Below are positions 55,076 to 64,000 of a DNA stretch of 64,000 bases, piece by piece. Origin of the DNA: Octopus vulgaris (Eukaryota); contig OX597828.1 in the NCBI GenBank assembly GCA_951406725.2, positions 38,068,001 through 38,132,000 on the forward strand, given 5' to 3'. Made by a program: the position numbers and the translations under genes. The notes below the pieces were generated by a model that did no database searches, was not told the DNA's origin, and saw nothing but the letters and a program-made list of their open reading frames with translations. How positions within the stretch are numbered: the stretch's first letter is position 1; each line of letters begins with the position of its first letter.

Positions 55076-56790
55076 TTTTTATTTTGTTGCGCAAAGCAAA
55101 TACATGGAACAGATTTCATAATTGTGATTCACTTACTGTTTATTTTTATTTTTAGATTGTGTAGCATCAAACTGCTGAATGTTTTGAACTTTGCAATATG
55201 AGGAAAACCGATAATTTATTGAATAGTTAATATTTTCTTCTTTGGACAAAAACCTTTGCAGTATTTTCTTACATATCTTTTTATTCTAGGTTCAAATTTT
55301 CCTATGTCACCTTTGCTATTTCAATTTTCACGATCGATACAATAAAATACCAGTCAAGTACCAAAACTGATCTAAAGCTATACTCTTGCCCAAAGATTTT
55401 GGCCTTCAGGAGCGGCAGTATTATTAGAAAGTTAAATAAATCTCTGACAGCATTTATTTATACCCCTTTGTGCTCTAAGTTCAAAGTTCTCCAGCATTCA
55501 CTTTACTGGCCTAAGAGGATCAATGAAAGAAATTACTAGTAGCATACTAAGGTCAATTTATTTAATCTACTGTTCTCATTCCCAAAATTTGTAGCTTAGT
55601 ACAGAAATTAGGACCCATTATCATTACTGAAAACAATGTGTGGCTCATACGTTAGGGCAGTATCGTATAACAAACCTGCGGTCAAGTATGGGGATATATT
55701 TAGTTAATTCTAAATCAAGCAAAATTGCTGGCCTTGTTTCGATATTATAAACCATAATCTATGTACAAATCGTGATATTTACTCTACTGAAATATTTCCT
55801 TCCAATTATCTGTTTTAGATTAAGAAAGTATATTCTGGAAATAAATTACAAAACTATATTCAGATAATAATATTGATTTCTAAAATTGGCAAACATTCAG
55901 ACATTTCTAGGGTAAGTGGTATTAACAATTAAATCGATCTAAGTCTATTAAGACTATTACTGGTACTTATTTTATGTCTACCCGGGTAGGATGAAAGTAG
56001 ACCGGTTCTGGCACGTCTTAGACGCAAAACGGAAATGAGGGAAATTAGGCGAAGTAAAACATTTAGAACGATATTTTACTGTTTTATCAGTTCATTGCAT
56101 TATAATAGTATAAAAGAAGATGGAAATAAAACTATTCTTTGGCCAGAATTCCGTATATTCGACAGAGAGGAAGTAAGTCATAGTCAAGAGAAATAATGGC
56201 TTGAAAGCTCTAGACAAAAATCATAAATAAACTGTTTGGTTATTAAAACTGTAGAGGATCAATGCAGAACCATAAATAATTATAAAATAAAATAATGATA
56301 AAAGAGGCAAACGTCAAGAGATGACTATATAAAATCAATGAAGCAGGACGACTGGGAACATCAGCTCTTCGTGCTCGGTTTTAGTCAAGTCAATGCTTAT
56401 TCACATGCGCGATCGGTTGGGTAGCTGTGTCTTCTGAGTACAGAGTCTTCGACGTGTACGCGGATAAAACGCGGAATAAGCGTATAAGCATGACAACAGT
56501 ACCAAACAACTCTATATAACCTTGACTTGGATACAAATTGTTTGGGATATGCTTGTTTGGATTGATAGAAGATCAAGGTCAGCCATACAGATATAATAAT
56601 CTTTCTCCTACGGGAAGAATGACTGATTGTTTTTTGCTTTGTTTTGAGGTGGTGGGGTGGAGATAGTCGATTACATCGGCCCCAGTGCTTCACTTTTATT
56701 GACCACTAAAGGATGAAAAGCAAAAATCCACCTCGGTGCAATTTGAACTCGGAACGTATTGACAGACAAAAATTACCGTAAAGTATCTAC

Positions 56791-56860
<70 letters not shown>

Positions 56861-56861
56861 C

Positions 56862-56904
<43 letters not shown>

Positions 56905-56905
56905 C

Positions 56906-56958
<53 letters not shown>

Positions 56959-59414
56959 AAGGAGGGTAGATTTTAAAACCATTCACTGCTTTCTTGTGAC
57001 TCTTCGTTCTTAAGCAAGCTCTTTCAATACTGTTTTTAAACAGCTTGGTGGCATCCATAAAAGTTTGTAAGCTCTCTAACACTCTCTCTTTTATCTCTCT
57101 TACTACTATCTCTCGTCTACCCCTCCCCTCTGTCTCACACTTTCTCTCTCCCTCTCTCTTTCTCTCTTTTTCTCTTTTTTCTTTCTCTATTTCTGACAAA
57201 AGACAATCGCCTGAAACGTCAGATTTTTCAATTTTTCCATCGAGACAGTAAATTAACTCATCATAATATAGTTTTATCTATGAAATTTTATGCAGTAGTT
57301 CATAAGCCACCAACCGTTTCCTTCTATTTCTAATGTTAACGTAAATAGATGACTCGAAACAGCGTCCGTAATTCTGCATCGTAGATGCTGGACGAAATGA
57401 TTTTCATACTTAACAGCATTTAATACTATTACAAGCTAAAACGAATGTAGGTGTATTTTACTTTTCTTGCATTTGTTTAACCTCAGCTTAGACTTGATCT
57501 GATGATGAAAGACATACGTGACTCTTTCATGTACAAACTGTTTAGAATTACTATTTAACACGGTAACTGAGAGGTATTTTTACAATCTCTCTATGTAGAT
57601 GTGCAAATTTCATTTATTCTACATAACGAAATTCATTAAAAAGAACAACACCAAAATTTACGGCAATTTATGAAATCTCGACGTGCTAAGTCTTACGTTC
57701 TTCATGTAATAGCGAATTGAAAAGTGCAATGAATCCTTGATACTTCTACTATGTCCATTATAGAATGTGATCTGATTTGGCTGCTATTTCTAATCGGTCT
57801 ACTGACCTTCAGCTAATCCCTCGTTGACTCGGATTTACATATATATTTTTTAGTGGTTATCATACTTCTCCCACGATGTTATTGTTTCAGTTTCAACGCA
57901 ATCCCAGATCAAACCACCGAACAAATACAACTTCAAGGTCTATATACACAAAAAAGAATGACAGGGTCAGAATAAAAGCCAAAAGAAGAGGAGCAAACGT
58001 GAATTATATATGATTAAAAGATATGGAAAACCTTCAACGCTTCTAATGACGTAAGCTGGCCGATTCCAAACAGAAAGATTTCTATCAAAATATGAATGAA
58101 TAATGGTAAATCGGAAATGCTAGACACTCCAGTCAGGAAATGAGTCTATGTAGAAAATATCAGTTTCTGAAAGAAAACGACGATGATACTTCGAATAGAT
58201 CAATACTAAAACCGTTTAGGAATAAAACTAAGAAGCGATAGCATTAGTCTACAGCCAAATGCTTCGGTTATCTGACAGACTGGTGGGCTTGTTAGTTGTG
58301 TTGATAAAATACCAAACGGCTATATTTCATGTGCGTATATTAATATACGAACATGAAATACATGAATTTTTCACAATTTTCTGATATATAAATTGCATTT
58401 ATGGCTGTTCGACTAAGAAGCTCACTTTGCAACCGCGAAGTTTTGGGACTTAGTCTCTGTGCGTAGCATATATAAGAGTTTTCAACTAAAGCCCCGGATC
58501 GACCAATGCCTTGTGAATGAATTTAATGGACGTAACTTTACTCACCGTCATCTTCTTTTTGTGCGCTTGCATTTGTGCTTGTGCTCACTCACTGCACTCT
58601 TTCTAAAACGCCGAGCGACAACATTGTGGCTCCCAATATTTTCTCGATATACGTGTAAGAATAGAAATGTAAGCATTGTGTGAAATGACCATGCTATTTA
58701 CCTGGAAATCTGAGCCGAAAATCTGCAGGGGCTGTGAGAAGCCATGACGTTTTAAGAGATGCAAAACTATGTGATCAGCTTACTCATTCTCGGATAAAAA
58801 AACTCAGGCAATGTAGCGTTTTCTTTTACCGTATATCTATGTTTCTTAGACATTTCCTTATACAGATTCTTCGTCTTCAAAACCTCAATGTGGCTAGCAA
58901 CACTAGCAAAAGTATTGCAAACTGACTTTTCTGTGTCGTTCACAACTTCACTCATTGTAATTTGATTTTTCTTCCTTTCTTTTTCCGCTTGTATGAGTGT
59001 TGTAATTGTTAGCGCTTTTAACTCTTAAAATATTTTCCATGTATAATGCGTGGGTCTAGTTATAAAACTAATATGATCTCTTTGTATTTGTCTTTTCTTT
59101 TTCTTCTTCCTTTCCTTCACTGTATAGTTATGTTCAGTTTCATTTACGAAAACGCATTTTCCTAACGAGAAACCGTTTTGATTTGATTGAAAAAAGAAAA
59201 TCATGGACAAATGATGACAACGTATGCTTCTTGCCGTATGAGTTAGACGTCCAACTCGTTTCAGTAGCTTCTTTGTCAAACATTATCGAAAAATATATAT
59301 TTTATATTTTTTCCGTCAGTTTTGTCGATAAAATTCCTAAATCCTCGGAGCCAAGGGACAATAAATTTGCTCCGAAATATAACAACAGCAACAATAACAA
59401 CAACAACAATAATG

Positions 59415-59464
<50 letters not shown>

Positions 59465-59973
59465 GTCGGAATATGAACTCGGTTAAAGCGGAGTAAATAT
59501 ATAGAAGGAAATTAAATGAATAATGATTAATGAGAATGTGTTGAAAAAATTGATAGATGTAAAGGAAATGAAGCAGAACAATTTGGCAAACCGCTATGAT
59601 TAGAGCCAGGACGTGTGCGCGTGCGTGTGAGTGTGTGTGTGTGTGTGTGTGTAGTTGTGTGCACGTGATGTAAATATGTATATGTCTGCTTACACGCTTA
59701 CATATACGCATACATATCAATATATATATAAATATATATACATATACATGTATAATATATCAATTATATAAGCACAAATACACGCACATGTATGCACACA
59801 CCGTATAAATATAAATATATAAATATGTGTGCGTGTATATGTATGTGTGTACATTCCTATTATATATATTGTATATAATATACTACATCTGTAAATGCGC
59901 ATAAATATATATGCATATATACATATATATATGTGTATGTGTGTGTGTGTGTATAATTATATATGTATATATA

Positions 59974-60043
<70 letters not shown>

Positions 60044-60327
60044 GTGTGTGTGTGTGTGTGTCTGTTTTTGTAACCACCCAACATCGCTTGACAATCGACG
60101 TTGGTGGGTTTACCTCCTCATAACTTAGCAATTCGGCAAAAAGACCGACAGAATAAGTACTAGTCCTGGTGTCGAGTTGTTCGACTAAAGGCGGTGCTCC
60201 AGCATGGCCGGTGCCCAAATAACTAAAACAAATAAAAATAAAAGAATAAAAGAATAAAAGACTATATACATATATATATACACACATACACACATATATA
60301 TATATATACATATATATACATACATAT

Positions 60328-60398
<71 letters not shown>

Positions 60399-61307
60399 AG
60401 TTTGTAGATATGTAGGTATATCAGTAACTATGCAGGAAGGTTCGTTGGTTGCTTGCTTGATATGTATTCAAGCATATATGTATATGCATAATACATTCCT
60501 TATTCAAGTCTGTGTTTTGTTACTGCTTGTCCTAAGTCGAAAAATTCTCAAGACGTGACTCGCATGGATGTAGATTTGAATAAATAACGTAACCCCATTC
60601 AACCAATCAATAATGAATACGTTTTCGCGGAATAGCAATCACGTGGATCTAAAATCAAATGAATTATTTAACATTTAACTCATCCTTGTTTTCTATTTTT
60701 CTTTCTGAAACTGTCCCTCTAAATATATGGGTATGATTCAGTGGGTGTGAGTGTGGGTGTGGGAAGTATTAATTATATGTAGGTGTGTTTTCAATTTTGT
60801 TGTTACGCATAGTTATAAAATTTAACATTCGTTCGAGGATCACTTTACACCTTTTAAGTGATTAGATTTCTTTGATCCTTACAAGGCAAAAAGTTAATGG
60901 TGACCACCAAAATTCAGCATAGTGACCTTCAAGAGAGTATCGCACATCAGTGCCTAAAATGATATTGAAATTCTATATATATCGGTAGCAGTGAGACTCT
61001 GCCAGTATGCGGCTACCGGACGTCTGCCACCGAGGAAACCGGAGAGGTCGAAATAACGCGATCTGGCAATTCCGGTGTCCGTAACTGACGTCTCTCATCT
61101 GCCAACGATGTAAATATGTATGTTTTCATGCACCGTGCGTCCATATGAGAGATCCTCTCACGGTAAAACACGCGGTATTCGGCTTTTTAATACATCCACG
61201 CTAAGTTGGATATAACGATTGCTTTTTCTTACGCACACAAACACATACAAGCACATAACATAGAGATATGTATGTGAATAGATACATATACACGTACACA
61301 TGCTTAG

Positions 61308-61364
<57 letters not shown>

Positions 61365-61423
61365 CATATATATACATACGTATATATATATATATATATA
61401 CATACATATATATATATATATAC

Positions 61424-61468
<45 letters not shown>

Positions 61469-61876
61469 TAATACAAACACACACACACATATACATATAC
61501 ATATATGTGAATATATACAATTATATATGTGTGTATACAGGCGTGCACTTGTTACGTGTTCGTGGTGTAGGTAGGCGTCTGTGCGTGATGTATTTGGTAT
61601 CCAGTGTTGATGATAATGATGTCGTGTGATTTGTTCTTGTAATGAGGTATTACAGTATTGATTGTGATAAAGTGATTGAAGTAAATCTGAGATATATTTA
61701 TGAGTTTTTGTGTGTGAGTATGTTTGTGTGTGTATATCCGTTCGGTATGTTTTCGTGTGCGTGATTCTGCCTGTATGTTTGAGTGTAATACGTACTACGT
61801 AATATATATGAGAGACCAGTAAAACGTGATTCGTTTTCAACATACGCTTCTATGTATGTCTGTGTAAGAGGTCTTT

Positions 61877-63150
61877 TTGCAGATTCGGAATCTCCGCCCT
61901 CGATATAGTGTTTTCCTGTAAAAACTAAAAAGAAAAAAATCCCAAATGGGTGGAGGTAAAGATCATAGGCCGCACCTCCTTTGAGATTTTTTTTTTTTAC
62001 AGCAACACACTATATCGGTGGCGGAGATTCCGAATCTGCGAGAAAAAGAAAATCATTTTGAAATTTGAATCCTACCTACTATTTCTTAAAGTTTTCCTTT
62101 ATAAATTTTGGGGGCGAAATACATAGAATTATGTATACATACAGAGATTATGATTCTGGAAAAAAAAAAAAATTGTAAAATTTCAACTTTTCAAATAAAT
62201 TAATAAATAAACACTCCTTCCCCCTCCGCCCTATGACAAGAAGTAAAATTAGAGTGTTTTCTATACTAATGTTTCATGACGAACCTCACCCAACGTGTTG
62301 TGGTTGAGGGTCTTCTGGAATTAAGAGAGGTTTGTAAAAGTTAGATTTTTTGCTCACACACACACACACACAATAAAATGACATTTAAAAAAAATTATTT
62401 CTTTTTTGGTAATTCGTATTTAGAGAGTTGATCCTCGGAGTGGCTGTTGTTTCTTGCTTGTCAGATTTCAGGTTGGGGCGTACTTAAAAATTGAAGATTT
62501 TGAAACCCCCAAAACACGCTTTCATTCTCTGCTCCTCTGGCAAAGAAAACAAAGGGGCTGGGGGAAATTTCACTTTCTATCGTAGGATGGAGGGGAGGGG
62601 TGTTTTTCTTTTCTTTTTGAAAAATTGGAATTTTACAAACAATTTTATTTTAGAATAACCTTCGAATTTTTCTGCGTATTTCGTGAAAAAATATTTCAAA
62701 AATAGGTGAAATTTGAAGAAATTGTTGAGGGGGCGGATTTAAGTTTTGACATTTTTTCTTCTTTGGTAATTCGTATTAAAGTTTTGAAAACATGTTTCTC
62801 GCATATCAGGTTTTCTATTTAGACATTTTTTACGTCAGCTATTTTATAATTCTATGCATGCCTGAAACAGTAGTAGATATAATACTTTAATATCAATTCT
62901 TGCCATAGGGATGGGGGCATTTATTTTTTGGAAAAATTGAAATTTTACACATTGTTTTTTTTTCTTTTTTCAGACTCATAATCTCCGTAATTTTTCTACG
63001 TATTTAGCCTGAAAAATATTTTTAAAGAAGTGAAAATTTAAGAAAATGATGGGGGGGGAGGGCAGAATTAAACTTTTGAATGCATTTTTTTTTTCTTTTT
63101 GAGATTTGGAATCTCCGCCTCGATATAGTGTGTTCCTGTAAAACAAAAAA
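61877..63150. repeat. Foldback/MITE-like element with long imperfect inverted repeats
   Basis: GATTCGGAATCTCCGCC.TCGATATAGTG..TTCCTGTAAAA at ~61882-61924 (+), ~61996-62039 (-) and ~63103-63143 (+); ~62100-62250 is inverted relative to ~62895-63030. Confidence 0.65.
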
Positions 63151-63275
63151 TCCTAAAGGATATATCTGTTATACATACATAGTTATACGTGCATATATAT
63201 AATTATAAATATATATGTATATATATATATATATGTATATATATATACATAATGTATATATATATATATATTTAC

Positions 63276-63328
<53 letters not shown>

Positions 63329-63578
63329 ATGTATGTATGTATTTCGACACATATATTTACTTATACATGTATATATATTTAGGTATACATATAGATTGAC
63401 AGATAGATAAATATGCATACATATATATCTACATTCACATATACATATGTGTATGGGTGCGTGTGTGTGTATGTATATATGTATTTATGGGTATATACAT
63501 ATATGCATGTGCGATTCTTTTCACACACACCTACATGAAAACCACATACAGACACATTTATATGTATACATACATACA

Positions 63579-63624
<46 letters not shown>

Positions 63625-63688
63625 TATATACATATATATATATGTAGATATGTATATATTTATATATAAATATATATGTAAATATGTA

Positions 63689-63770
<82 letters not shown>

Positions 63771-64000
63771 CAGATATTCAAAAATACGTAGGCAGATACA
63801 TACATACTTATATAATCAGCCCTTGTCGATATCTATTAATGACAAAGATAAAAGGCGTGAAACGGTGCATAAAGGAAAGTTTCTCTTCAATTCTAGCAAA
63901 TGAAAGATCAATGATTCCTGATTCTCTGAAGAAAATCGTAATCTTAGATTACTGTAACGAATAAATGCCTACCTTTTATTGACAGCTAATCATAAAAAGA

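Noticed and set aside
57191-57223. Hammerhead-like CTGACAA...GAAACGTC
   Set aside because: Core mismatch and no convincing stem I.

Overview
AT-rich, microsatellite-saturated eukaryotic DNA. The SINE families and repeat landscape suggest an octopus/cephalopod genome (inference). No host protein-coding gene can be supported; nearly all ORF-track entries are translated simple repeats. The window holds three tRNA-derived SINE families, fragments of CR1-like, RTE and R4/Dong-like LINEs, Tc1/mariner relics, a (TAA)n-flanked ~555-bp element and Penelope-like remnants with hammerhead ribozymes. The standout is a 2.3-kb, genome-length endogenous CRESS ssDNA virus at 43804-46122. It has rep (+) and cap (-) converging on a bidirectional polyA signal and is bracketed by two direct copies of the whole intergenic region. 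Each copy carries a TAGTATTAC stem-loop origin, and the origins are 2144 nt apart. Rep has lost motif II, is frameshifted, has a nanovirus/alphasatellite-type helicase and has a 125-aa C-terminal extension. Cap is a 264-codon frame with a single internal stop.
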